Source: a virus (Duplodnaviria > Caudoviricetes). Taken from it: a DNA stretch of 37,056 nucleotides. The stretch's first letter is position 1, and every line of letters starts with the position of its first letter. Location of the stretch: IMG/VR virus record IMGVR_UViG_3300037784_000028, positions 1 through 37,056 of that record. One strand, given 5' to 3'. This document shows positions 18,195 through 27,665 of the stretch, one piece after another. The notes below the pieces were generated by a model. That model was not told the DNA's origin. It saw nothing but the letters and a program-made list of their open reading frames with translations, and searched no databases. A program made the position numbers and the translations under genes.

Positions 18195-18352
18195 GGGGTG
18201 TCTCCGAGTGGTTTGCCGCAGTGTGGGCAGCGTTTCTTAGGCGGCGGCGGTGCTGATCCCTTGGGCCTGTTTGGTTTCGCTTCCTGCTTGGCTTGAGCGG
18301 TAAGCTGCAAGTGCCTCCGATATCTGTCGATCCTGCGCCTGCCGATAATCAT
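18191..18352 (-). CDS. 53-aa basic peptide with CPHCG (absent from the ORF track)
   Basis: TGATG overlap with the portal stop and ATGA overlap with the protease start; MIIGRRRIDR...KRCPHCGKPLGDTP. Confidence 0.6.
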   Translation of the reverse strand: MIIGRRRIDRYRRHLQLTAQAKQEAKPNRPKGSAPPPPKKRCPHCGKPLGDTP

Positions 18353-20613
18353 CACTCCCCCTCATACTTGAATGTGATTCCGCACCTGCAATTGATTCCC
18401 AACGGTGGGGCGTACAGGTCACGCGAGAACGTATCGCCTTCGATCGTCTCCCCCGCCTTCACAATCGGCTCGTCGATCGGGGTCCAGCCGCGCGCCGCAA
18501 TCGCCGCGTGTGACTTGCGAACACCGGGGGCCGTCAGGATTCGGTATTCCTTCACCCCCACCGCAATCGCACCCTCGCGCTTGCCCGTCTGGACCGCTCG
18601 CTGTGTCTCCGTCCGGGCAATCGCCTCGGCCCGGTACTCGGGGAAGCCCGACATCTCCTCGGCCACCTTGTCGATCGACCAGCCCTGCCCAAGCCCATTG
18701 CGTACTGCGACCTCGGCCTGACGCACGGTCGTGTCTGCGAGTTCACCGGCGAGTTCAAACGAGTAGGCGTCCAACGCACGCAGCGCCCGCTCGGGCACGA
18801 TCTCAAACGCCTCATCGGGCACGCTCTGGCCGTGCTCGCCGGACTCGAGATAGTTCACGATACCGAAACGCACGATGTCACCCATCGCGTCCGCGAACTG
18901 CGGGGCGGCCTGATCGACGATCGGTTTCAGGTCCGGCGTGCGGCCATTGCCCACGGCCTCCAACGCCTCGTCCTGCATGTCCGCTACAACGTCGCGTGCG
19001 AGCGAGAACACCCGGCCCCGGTACTTCTCAAGCGCCTGCCTCAACACCGGGTCATTCGCCGCGATGTCGTCATCGTCCTTGGTCCGACGCTGCCCGCACT
19101 CGCCGCAGTCTCGCCAGAGGGGGGATTCGTGGGTGCCGAGGATGGATTTGAAATCGAACGCCTTTGGTTCGAGCTGCTCGGCCTCCTCATCGCCAGATCC
19201 GGGCGGGTTGGGTTCATCCTCGGTGGCCCGCTCTGCCTGATCGGGCTTCGGCGCCGAACCACCAAAGCTGCCCAGCAACCCGCCAAACGGGTCCGCCTGT
19301 GCCGATGCTCCAAGCGGCTGGCCGTTCACCATCAGCTTGTTCGCGTTCTCGTCGTCGATCTCGTCAAGGCCAAGCTCCACGCGGACCTCGTTCGCAGTGC
19401 GGACCCCGTTAAGCCAACTGGTACGAAGACGCTCCTCATAGATCGCCTCGTCCTTCTCAACCAGCGGGTCATACGCCAGCGCGTAATCGTCCGGGTCCAG
19501 ACCGAACCACTGCAACAGCTTGACCTTCTGCGCCGCGTCCTGCTGCAACGCCGGTTCGATCACCTGACCCAGGAACCGGGCATCGCCCATCAGGGCTGCC
19601 GCGTAGGTCGCGTCCCCACTGTCCGCCTGCGCCTCGTCGTGGCCGTATGCACGGCGGACGGCCTTGAGCGCCTCTTCCCGCTTGGGCAGGGACATCGCCT
19701 CTTTCTCGGGCCACGTGATGGGCGTCACCTTGGTCTCGCCTGTAATGACAAGGGGCTTGACCCAACTGCGAACACCGCCCGTCCCGAACTTGGACGTGAG
19801 CCGCTTGATGAACGTCTTTTCCTGGGGATCTGAGGTGCCTTCGGGTAAACTCACGATCATATCCGGGCGCAGCCCGTTCTTCGTCATCGCAATGTCGAGG
19901 ATCACCGAGTCTTTCAACTGGTCCACATACGGCAAGACCTCGTGCAGCGGGCACGTCCCGTACAGGGGCGTCAGCATCGACGGGAACAGCTTGTAGTGGA
20001 TCACCTCGTCCGGGCTGTAGGAATGCCATGATGTCTCCGCGCGTCCGTAGACGTACTCCTTGATGCCCGCCTCGTCGTCGCCCACGATATTGACGTGCTG
20101 GGCGAACATCGGGTAGAGCTGCACCGGCGTGGTGCCTGAGAACGAACCCAGCTCATACGAGTTGCCCGTCACCCAACGGAACTGCCAGCCGAGCAGATTG
20201 ATCTGGTTGCCGGGGAACATCCAGTTGGGGTTGCGGATCAGATCGAGCAGCGGGTGCGCCGTGACCTCGACCATCTCAGCCCCGCCCAAGGTGAACTCGG
20301 CGAGCTTGCGGCCATACTTGCCCCGCTGCATGTCCTTGTGACGCTCCACCGCCTTGCGTGCCCGTGTGCCCCTGCGGACGCCAGCGGACCCCGCCCGCTT
20401 GTACAGACGCAGCGTGGCCGAATCGCAGATCGTGGCGTTGATGCGGGCACAGATCGCGGCCTCGCCGAATGCGCGGGAGATCAGCTCGATGGCCTCGGGA
20501 TTCAGCCCGTAGTGGCGTGCGAGCTGCTCCTGCCGCTTGAGCGTGTCACCCCATACCTCGGAGTTGACCTCCTGCTTGATCTTGGGGGCGGCTTTTGTGC
20601 GTAGTCCGAACAT
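18352..20613 (-). CDS. Portal protein fused to a C-terminal SPP1 gp7/Mu gpF-like minor head domain
   Basis: HPLLDLIRNPN, EVIHYK, LYGTCPL and TANEVR portal motifs; RAEAIARTET and PP..NCRC gp7 motifs. Confidence 0.88.
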   Translation of the reverse strand: MFGLRTKAAPKIKQEVNSEVWGDTLKRQEQLARHYGLNPEAIELISRAFGEAAICARINATICDSATLRLYKRAGSAGVRRGTRARKAVERHKDMQRGKYGRKLAEFTLGGAEMVEVTAHPLLDLIRNPNWMFPGNQINLLGWQFRWVTGNSYELGSFSGTTPVQLYPMFAQHVNIVGDDEAGIKEYVYGRAETSWHSYSPDEVIHYKLFPSMLTPLYGTCPLHEVLPYVDQLKDSVILDIAMTKNGLRPDMIVSLPEGTSDPQEKTFIKRLTSKFGTGGVRSWVKPLVITGETKVTPITWPEKEAMSLPKREEALKAVRRAYGHDEAQADSGDATYAAALMGDARFLGQVIEPALQQDAAQKVKLLQWFGLDPDDYALAYDPLVEKDEAIYEERLRTSWLNGVRTANEVRVELGLDEIDDENANKLMVNGQPLGASAQADPFGGLLGSFGGSAPKPDQAERATEDEPNPPGSGDEEAEQLEPKAFDFKSILGTHESPLWRDCGECGQRRTKDDDDIAANDPVLRQALEKYRGRVFSLARDVVADMQDEALEAVGNGRTPDLKPIVDQAAPQFADAMGDIVRFGIVNYLESGEHGQSVPDEAFEIVPERALRALDAYSFELAGELADTTVRQAEVAVRNGLGQGWSIDKVAEEMSGFPEYRAEAIARTETQRAVQTGKREGAIAVGVKEYRILTAPGVRKSHAAIAARGWTPIDEPIVKAGETIEGDTFSRDLYAPPLGINCRCGITFKYEGE

Positions 20614-20867
20614 TAGGTAGCCTTCCAATCGTGGGGGTAACGCACGCTTCCGTCGCTGTTTATGTGGTGAATCACGCGAATAGGGTCACCGTACAGCATG
20701 CGGCCCTCGATTTCGGACAGCGGCGAGATGCCGAACTTGCTGGCGTACAAACGGGCCTCGCCGACCGTGAGCGGCGTGTGAGCGTCCTCATACGACGGGT
20801 AGTCTGGGATCTTGTCCGCAGCGTCCAGTATGTCCGCAAGCGTGACTCGTGACCAAGTGCTGCTCAT
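20613..20867 (-). CDS. Hypothetical protein
   Basis: Coupled to the TerL stop and the portal start. Confidence 0.55.
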   Translation of the reverse strand: MSSTWSRVTLADILDAADKIPDYPSYEDAHTPLTVGEARLYASKFGISPLSEIEGRMLYGDPIRVIHHINSDGSVRYPHDWKAT

Positions 20868-22204
20868 CACCACCCACCTCCATAGCCGAAGCCGTTCACT
20901 GGTTCCCAACCCGCCTCGGGGTCTTCCAAACGCCTCTGCTCGAACGTCTTGGGTTCATCTTGCTTCTTGACCTCATCGGGGTCGGGACCGAGCACGCGAA
21001 GGCCGCGTTGCTGCGAGATCCAACGAATCCCGTACCGGATCGGGTCCATTGCGTGGTCGTTGATCTTCCGAGGTTCGTCCTTGAGGCCGTCCCGATTCTC
21101 CGCCCACTCGTAGGTCTCAAACTCCCGAACCACGTCCGTGCAGCACTCATCCACGCTGAACTGGTTGTTCGCAAGGTAGGCCTGCACAAGATTGATCCCG
21201 TGCAGCACCGAGCCCGGCCCCTTGTCGCAGGGCTTGGCCCGAATGCCGTCTTGTTGCAATGACAGGATCAGGTCTTGGGCGGCGCTGTCAACCACCACGA
21301 GCGTGTCGCCGTCGCACAGGCCCTTGATCGCGGCCCGCTTCTGGTCGCTCGCCATGCCCTTTTCGTAGATTTCTCGGGCAACGTGGAAGTGCCCATCGGG
21401 GCTCACACGCACATCAAGGGCGCAGAACGGGTGTACAACGCCGTCGTCCACGCAGATCATGCGATCCCACCCGGTCACGTTCACCGACCGCACGTGGCTG
21501 TCTCGGCTGAACTGCGGGTAGATCAGGCCGTCCGTGCCGCACCACTCGCCGAGGAACATGCGGCGGTAGTAGAGCGTGCCCTCATGCCGCCTGAACGAAT
21601 CCAAGTACGACTGGGGCAGGTAGATGTTGTCGCTGGTCTTGGTCAGGATGATCTTGCATCCCTCGTCCGGAGTCTGCTTCTCGGGGCTCAGGCCCATCAT
21701 CTTGGCGTACCAGTGCGAGGGGGTCGCTGGGTTCGTAAATGAAAGCACCTGCTGAGGCACGCCGATCTCGACACGCACGCGGGTGTCCACCGCACCATAA
21801 TCCTCCTCTGTCAACTCCACGACCTCGTCAATGCCAGCACGGGTGAGGTTCATGGACAAGACCGATTCGGGCCGCTCGATGCCGCTATACAGGATCGAGC
21901 CTCCCCCCTTGACCTTGATCTCGCACTCAACCTTGTTGTGGGTATAGGAGTCATAGGGCAGCACGGGCGGGGCATCGCCATCGCCCTCAAGCAGCGTTTT
22001 AAGGGTGGACTTCTTGAGACCCACGAGCGTCTTTCGAAACAGGCCGTAGCGGGCACGGGGCTCGCCGGCACAGTGGATGAGTGCGTCGATGCATGCGCAC
22101 CGCGACTTGCCCGCGCCGACCGCGCCGGAATAACAGACATGCCGCTCCGTTGAGAAGATGGCAGCGTCCTGCTTGGGGAGCAACTTGTGGCGGACTTCAG
22201 TCAT
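20867..22204 (-). CDS. terL: Terminase large subunit
   Basis: GAVGAGKS Walker A, IDE Walker B, TNP, and nuclease DDG...NDHAMD..RY. Confidence 0.93.
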   Translation of the reverse strand: MTEVRHKLLPKQDAAIFSTERHVCYSGAVGAGKSRCACIDALIHCAGEPRARYGLFRKTLVGLKKSTLKTLLEGDGDAPPVLPYDSYTHNKVECEIKVKGGGSILYSGIERPESVLSMNLTRAGIDEVVELTEEDYGAVDTRVRVEIGVPQQVLSFTNPATPSHWYAKMMGLSPEKQTPDEGCKIILTKTSDNIYLPQSYLDSFRRHEGTLYYRRMFLGEWCGTDGLIYPQFSRDSHVRSVNVTGWDRMICVDDGVVHPFCALDVRVSPDGHFHVAREIYEKGMASDQKRAAIKGLCDGDTLVVVDSAAQDLILSLQQDGIRAKPCDKGPGSVLHGINLVQAYLANNQFSVDECCTDVVREFETYEWAENRDGLKDEPRKINDHAMDPIRYGIRWISQQRGLRVLGPDPDEVKKQDEPKTFEQRRLEDPEAGWEPVNGFGYGGGW

Positions 22205-22616
22205 CGCCCTCCCCGCCGGGTCGCTCAATCGTGATCTTCAACGGTGCACCACCCGCCCCGGAATGCTCAAGCTTCTGGAGATCGCCGTAGACCTTGGGCT
22301 TGGTCACACCCGCCAGCCAGCGCAGATTCTGGGACGCTTCCTTGAGGCCCTGGACTCGCGTGATGCTGTCCGCCGTCTCGAAATCATCGCAGTAGGCGAG
22401 CATCCGGTCTGCGTAGGAATCCGCAGCGTCCTCGCGTGCACGTGCATAACGGGCGCGAAACGCCTCATTTTCCCCTCTCCACCGCCTGATCGTTTCCTTG
22501 TCAGGCATGTCGGCATCACGGCAAATACGTCGCAGCGACTCCCCATCCGCGATGCGTGTGCAGATCACTTCTGCGAGTTCATCCGTGTATTTTGATGGCC
22601 TGCCTACTTTAGCCAT
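22197..22616 (-). CDS. terS: Terminase small subunit (Sf6-like)
   Basis: GRPSKYTDELAEVICTRIADGESLRRIC...PKVYGD. Confidence 0.9.
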   Translation of the reverse strand: MAKVGRPSKYTDELAEVICTRIADGESLRRICRDADMPDKETIRRWRGENEAFRARYARAREDAADSYADRMLAYCDDFETADSITRVQGLKEASQNLRWLAGVTKPKVYGDLQKLEHSGAGGAPLKITIERPGGEGDD

Positions 22617-22663
22617 TGCTAACCCTTAAAAACTGCGATTAGAATCCGTCCATGTTCCGTATT

Positions 22664-25600
22664 TCAGCGTTGGCGTAGCCCGTCGCGGATACGCGAGCGG
22701 TTTCCGCTTGTGCCGACGCTGCCGATTGTGAAGTTCCAGTCTGTGTTTGCCGTGTAGCCCGCGAACGGGAGTGACGTGGACTGTGAGAGGAATGCCCCCA
22801 TCGGGATGTAGATGTACACCGCTCCGCTTTGGCCGAGCAGTGACAGCCCGGTGAGCGTGACTTCTGTTCGGTCCCCGATGTTGATGGTCGCGTCCGCCGC
22901 GTTGATCGAATCGAGCACTGAGTCGTCTGAGACCTGGCGGAGTTCGATCGTGCCGGTGCCCACCTTCATGTTCTCGCTGAACTGCATGTCAGGCGTGGTT
23001 GCTGTGGGCACGCCGGTCGCGTTGTCTGCGGGCGAGAGTTGGGCGACGGTCGGCGGTGTCGAGTCTTCGTCCACCCCACCGCGATTCTGGGTCTGGCCGG
23101 GCGTCCACGGTGAGCCGAACGCATCGCCGAACACGCCGTTCGGTACGGTTGCGGTCCCGCCGCCGGTGGGCACGAACGAGGAATCGAGCGTGACCGATGC
23201 GTAGGTGGTGCCTGACGTTGCGGCGTTGGATGTCCACTGTGCCTCTGACTGGTTCACGCCGTCGATCCGGCCAACAACCGCCGCCTCGCCTTCTGTCTCG
23301 GAGTCCTCGGGAACGGTGTTGTTTGTGAATATGGAAGACGACACCGATGCGTAAAGGTGCATGAACCCGTATGCGTTCGGGGCGGTGTTCCCGTCAAACG
23401 TGAACACGCAACCTTCGATGAGCACGTTGGCTTCCACGTTGGCATCGGACGTGCCTTCGATCGTCCCAAATACGTTGTTGGTCTCAGCGAGTGCCTCACC
23501 TGTCGCCACGATTGTGCAGTGCCCGATGTAGAATCTGCCCGATGCTGTGGAATCACGGTTCAGTCCCATGCCGCCTGGATACTGAGCGCCTGTCGGCGTG
23601 TTTCCGGTGACCGGCAGCATCTTCTCATCAGAGATGATGCAGGAGACAACCTGCACCTCGCCAGCGTCGTATGCGTCGATGCCGTTGATGTGGCACTGCT
23701 CCACACGGACGTGCTGGGCGTTCCCGCCGTCGCCGCCGATGCTCATGGACGTGCCGACAAGGTTGCACCCAAAGATGCTGGCTCGTTCGCACGCTTGGAC
23801 CCGGAGCGGGTTTTTCCCGCCGTGGCTTGACTGATTGACGTGGTTGTGCCCGAACGTCAGACGGCCAAGGCCGAGGTTGAAGCGGTGCGGGCGCTCGGTC
23901 GTCACTGCCCCCGCGTCACTGTCGATACACGCGAGATCCACGGTATGGGTAGATGTGGAGACGAAGCAAGAAATCCAGCCGCGTACCGTGGCGACCCCGT
24001 TGGCCTTGACTCGGAGGTAGGCGAGGCGGGAGCCGTCGGCCATTGTCCCGCCGAAGCCCTCGAAGGCATAATCCGGCGTGCTCTCGTCGAGTTCGATGTC
24101 GGCAAAGCACATATCGACGTTGACACCCGACGGTGCGTTGACCAGCTTCTTTCGACCGTTGAGGACAAGGACGTGCCCGGCGTGGTTGGACAGGGACGTG
24201 ATGTTGACGACCGACCCGCCCGGTGTGGCGAGCAGCTTGATCGTGTTCGATCCCTGCTTGGAGACGTAGTAGACCTCGTCCTGGGTCAGTCCGCCGGGGA
24301 GGTTCGTGCTGCTGCTGAGCGTGGCCGCGTAGTAGATCGGGTCGTCGTCGCTCGCCGCGTCATAGAGTTCAGAGGACACCACGATCGTGTCTGATCCGGT
24401 GTCACACACGGCGGAGTCCGAGAAGTCCACGACCGCCGTGACCGCGTTGGATGCCTGTACGTTGAATCCCCGGAACGTGCATCGCCTGAGCGTGCCCGAT
24501 CCGCCGTTGAACTCGAATACCGGCGTCTCTCGGTCGAGTTGATCGGTGTCGAGGTTGACCAGCGTGCCCGACGTGCCCCACCGCCAAACGACGTTGACCC
24601 CGTCGACAGGCAGGGATTTGGTTTGGTGGTACGTGCCGGGTGCGACGTTGACCAGCACCTTGTCCAGTACCGCATCCATGAGCGTAGCCATCGTGTCAAT
24701 GTTGCTGATCGCGTCACCGCTCTCGCCGCTGCCGTCGTTGAGGATCTTGAAGCTGAAATCCTTCCAGATAAACTCGCCGCTGTCAGATCCACCCACACCC
24801 CAACCGTTGATTCCGCACTCGGTGTTACCCGAGTAGGTGGACGTGGTGTGTGTCAGTTCGAGGTTCCCGTCCACATAGACGTTGATCTCGCTGCCGTCGT
24901 CCGTCACCTTAAGTACGTAATCGGTGTTAGCGGCCACGGTAAAGGCGGACTCGGCCAGCACTGAGAATCCAGTGCGGTTGACGATCTGAACTTTGTCTCC
25001 GTCTTCATTCAGTCCGACGATGAGCCACGAAATACCCCCGCCATATCTGAGGCAAAATCCGTTTGCTACCGTTTCACCCGCCGCTGTGAATCTGACGGTT
25101 GATTCAAGTACAACCTGCTCAACGCCGTAATCAAGCGTGGCGATAGACATGCCCACGCCGTCCTGTGTAACTGCCTCAAGAGCGCCAGAGCCGTCGGTAG
25201 CAAGCGTGCCCTTCCGAACGGTCCAATCCCGCTGATACAGGTTCTTGTCCGGGTCAATCGCGTCGATGCTGGTAGACGCGGAGTCGGTGAAGTCGGTCTG
25301 GTAGATTTCGCCCTCGGTGTTCGATGCTGAGTCATCGACATAAAGCTGGGTGTAGGTGCTCGCGTCGGTGATGGTGGCCGATGTCGTGGCGGTGTCGCTG
25401 CTCGCGTCCTCATCGAGACAGGTGAACGTGGCATCGAGCGTGCCTGCTTCGTCGGGCAGCACGGGCATGTCCCAGAACTTGGCATCGTCGAACACGTCCA
25501 CTTGGGCGTCAAGGTTCGTGCTGAACCCGTTGGCGGTGGTGAACTGCGGGAACCGGCAGGCGTTCCATGACATCGAGCCGAGGGACGTGCCAGACCACGA

Positions 25601-25723
25601 CGGCTGTTGTTCCTCGATCTCGCCGGTTGCCCCGGTCGTGGAACCACGGAGGAAGATCACGCCCTCAACAGGGGTGACGGCGCCGGTGTTCGATTGCACG
25701 GCTGCGGATGCTGATATCGCCAT
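22664..25723 (-). CDS. 1019-aa multidomain adhesin/fibre-like protein (lectin-like, beta-helix-like, C-terminal Ig-like)
   Basis: S/T/G/D-rich; LKVTDDGSEINVYVDG lectin-like; DSTPPTVAQLSPADNATGV...FSE Big_5/SbsA-like. Confidence 0.7.
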   Translation of the reverse strand: MAISASAAVQSNTGAVTPVEGVIFLRGSTTGATGEIEEQQPSWSGTSLGSMSWNACRFPQFTTANGFSTNLDAQVDVFDDAKFWDMPVLPDEAGTLDATFTCLDEDASSDTATTSATITDASTYTQLYVDDSASNTEGEIYQTDFTDSASTSIDAIDPDKNLYQRDWTVRKGTLATDGSGALEAVTQDGVGMSIATLDYGVEQVVLESTVRFTAAGETVANGFCLRYGGGISWLIVGLNEDGDKVQIVNRTGFSVLAESAFTVAANTDYVLKVTDDGSEINVYVDGNLELTHTTSTYSGNTECGINGWGVGGSDSGEFIWKDFSFKILNDGSGESGDAISNIDTMATLMDAVLDKVLVNVAPGTYHQTKSLPVDGVNVVWRWGTSGTLVNLDTDQLDRETPVFEFNGGSGTLRRCTFRGFNVQASNAVTAVVDFSDSAVCDTGSDTIVVSSELYDAASDDDPIYYAATLSSSTNLPGGLTQDEVYYVSKQGSNTIKLLATPGGSVVNITSLSNHAGHVLVLNGRKKLVNAPSGVNVDMCFADIELDESTPDYAFEGFGGTMADGSRLAYLRVKANGVATVRGWISCFVSTSTHTVDLACIDSDAGAVTTERPHRFNLGLGRLTFGHNHVNQSSHGGKNPLRVQACERASIFGCNLVGTSMSIGGDGGNAQHVRVEQCHINGIDAYDAGEVQVVSCIISDEKMLPVTGNTPTGAQYPGGMGLNRDSTASGRFYIGHCTIVATGEALAETNNVFGTIEGTSDANVEANVLIEGCVFTFDGNTAPNAYGFMHLYASVSSSIFTNNTVPEDSETEGEAAVVGRIDGVNQSEAQWTSNAATSGTTYASVTLDSSFVPTGGGTATVPNGVFGDAFGSPWTPGQTQNRGGVDEDSTPPTVAQLSPADNATGVPTATTPDMQFSENMKVGTGTIELRQVSDDSVLDSINAADATINIGDRTEVTLTGLSLLGQSGAVYIYIPMGAFLSQSTSLPFAGYTANTDWNFTIGSVGTSGNRSRIRDGLRQR

Positions 25724-26523
25724 TACTCAACCCCCTGTGGATCGCCCACGTCCATGTTCCTGTCCACCCGGTGACGCTCAAGGCCCATCCGGAACTTGCC
25801 GCCCAGCCGGTCAACCTCGGCCATACGCCGATCAATCGCGTCCTTGCCGCTCTCTCGTGCTTCGTACCACCACAGGGGTGTGGCGCCCGACGCGGCGATG
25901 ACCTCGCCCATGACCAGCGCCTCGTACTCGGTCATCTCAAGCCGGGTGGTCCCGCTGGGACGCACGCTGAACTGGAAGGCCAGCATGATCTCCACACCAT
26001 CGAGGAGCACCGCCCGGATCTCCCGCAAGGCCGAGAGTGTGTTGAGCATGTAGCGGCGCTCTTCAACACTGCCCGGCTCAAACTGCGTGGCGATGTACAC
26101 GGGGATGACCACGAAATCGAACAGCCGCCCGACCGCCTTGAGGTTCTCGATGCTGCTCTGGCTGATCGCGGTGTGAGCGTTGGCGCGGATGCACACCGGG
26201 CCGTAGATGCCCGCACGGTTGCCGGTCTGTCGGATCTCCCCGGCGAGGATCAGCTTGATGAACAGTTGACTCTGGGTGTTCACCCGAGTGTTCGCGTAGT
26301 GGTCCTGGTACTCCCAGTCGATGTAGACGTCCTGACCGGGTGCCAGCTTGCGGATGCGGTCGATGCCGGTGATGACCTCGGGCGAGTCGATGGACAGGTG
26401 TGGGTCGCGTCCGAAGTCAACCTGCACCACCGGCGTGGGGTGGACGTTGAAGCCGTGGAACTCGATCGCATCGACGGCAGCCGGGCGGAGCGCCTGATCG
26501 TGGGTGACGCATAGGTGGATCAT
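25723..26523 (-). CDS. Putative glycoside-hydrolase-like protein, endolysin candidate
   Basis: VYIDWE (DxE) and GNRAGIYG motifs; adjacent to TM genes. Confidence 0.45.
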   Translation of the reverse strand: MIHLCVTHDQALRPAAVDAIEFHGFNVHPTPVVQVDFGRDPHLSIDSPEVITGIDRIRKLAPGQDVYIDWEYQDHYANTRVNTQSQLFIKLILAGEIRQTGNRAGIYGPVCIRANAHTAISQSSIENLKAVGRLFDFVVIPVYIATQFEPGSVEERRYMLNTLSALREIRAVLLDGVEIMLAFQFSVRPSGTTRLEMTEYEALVMGEVIAASGATPLWWYEARESGKDAIDRRMAEVDRLGGKFRMGLERHRVDRNMDVGDPQGVE

Positions 26524-26801
26524 GAGCTTGCCCCAATCCCCGCGCGGGCAAGCGTGATCTCCATCTCACGGTTGTCTTTCTTGATCGACTCAATGTCCTT
26601 GGCGTACCGCATTTGCTCCGCCTTGATCCGCTCAATCTCGATCGAGTTGGCTTGCGTCGATGAGTGGATGCGAAAGACAAAGAACAGCACGGCGGTGAGC
26701 GAGCCGAGCACCGAGAGCACGGCGACGACCGCGCTGGTCAGCGTCACGATGTTGTCAATCGTGCTCGGGCCGCTGGCGATGGTGGCGAACAGGTCAATCA
26801 C
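26520..26801 (-). CDS. TM plus coiled-coil protein, holin-like
   Basis: One long hydrophobic helix followed by heptads. Confidence 0.55.
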   Translation of the reverse strand: MIDLFATIASGPSTIDNIVTLTSAVVAVLSVLGSLTAVLFFVFRIHSSTQANSIEIERIKAEQMRYAKDIESIKKDNREMEITLARAGIGASS

Positions 26802-27109
26802 GGAATCGCCTCCATGACCGTATCAAGCCGCCTGAGAAGATCGCGTAGGCGTCCGACGTCCTCGGGCCTCGGGTTGATGCCTGCCGCCTTGTCTCGGGCT
26901 TGCGAGACCATCTCCCGCGTGCGTGCGAGCGACGTGTCGCGCTCCCGCAACTGTGACTCAAGCGCCGACACGCTCCCGAACCGTGCCCCATACCAGAGGA
27001 GTAGACAGGCGATGATGATGAACCCTGCCACAATAATGAGGCACAGACGAGCGAGCAGTCTCTCAGTGGGTTTGAACTGTTCTGCGAGATAGGCACGGTC
27101 ATCTGCCAC
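26798..27109 (-). CDS. TM plus coiled-coil protein (holin or i-spanin-like)
   Basis: LCLIIVAGFIIIACLLLW followed by a coiled coil. Confidence 0.55.
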   Translation of the reverse strand: MADDRAYLAEQFKPTERLLARLCLIIVAGFIIIACLLLWYGARFGSVSALESQLRERDTSLARTREMVSQARDKAAGINPRPEDVGRLRDLLRRLDTVMEAIP

Positions 27110-27118
27110 TCACCTTCC

Positions 27119-27406
27119 TCATGCCTCAAAGCACGATGCGTGATTCGCGCAGTAGTCCTGGAATGCCTGATTCGCGTCCACCTTGGGATCAAGCAGCTCG
27201 ATCTGGTAGAGGATGTACGCCACGTCCGCGCACTTCTTCTGGTTCTCGGTCGCTCCGTCCGGGTACGCCTTCTGCGGGTTCGGCGAGGGCGTGCCCTCCT
27301 GCGCGTAGTGCATGGCGTTCGCCTTGATGAGCGAGGCGAGGTCGATGCCTGCCTGTTCCCAGAGCTGGGCGAGCGAGTCGAGTTGCTGGGTGGTGTAAAG
27401 CGACAT
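27119..27406 (-). CDS. Hypothetical protein
   Basis: AAGGA RBS. Confidence 0.65.
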   Translation of the reverse strand: MSLYTTQQLDSLAQLWEQAGIDLASLIKANAMHYAQEGTPSPNPQKAYPDGATENQKKCADVAYILYQIELLDPKVDANQAFQDYCANHASCFEA

Positions 27407-27420
27407 GGGCGGTCCTTGTG

Positions 27421-27456
27421 AAAAACCCCGCCCCCCGAAAGGTAAAGGGGCGGGGC
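27421..27456 (-). terminator. Intrinsic terminator-like hairpin
   Basis: - strand ccccgcccc...ggggcgggg-TTTTT. Confidence 0.65.
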
Positions 27457-27471
27457 GCAGGAAGAGAGAGG

Positions 27472-27654
27472 TCAGGTTCCAAAGCCCATGCTGCGGGCTT
27501 TAGCGAAAATGTCATCCACCGTCATGCCCAACTCAATCTCGGGGTCGCCAACTACCTTGGCGAAATCACGAAGCAGCCGCTCGCGGTTGGAGTAAAAATA
27601 CTCCTCACCAAACAGCGACTTGAGAACACGGGATGCGATAGCTTTCTTGCTCAT
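27472..27654 (-). CDS. Hypothetical 60-aa protein
   Basis: AAAGGA RBS. Confidence 0.55.
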   Translation of the reverse strand: MSKKAIASRVLKSLFGEEYFYSNRERLLRDFAKVVGDPEIELGMTVDDIFAKARSMGFGT

Positions 27655-27665
27655 TGCAAGTCCTT

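Noticed and set aside
18237-18422. 61-aa ORF from the ORF track
   Set aside because: It overlaps the portal; the alternative frame 18191..18352 is coupled on both sides and fits better
18832-19833. Long + strand ORFs antisense to structural genes (also 13537..14397, 25708..26514, and - strand 31272..32057)
   Set aside because: Shadow ORFs typical of high-GC coding DNA; no RBS or motifs, and the opposite strand carries clear genes
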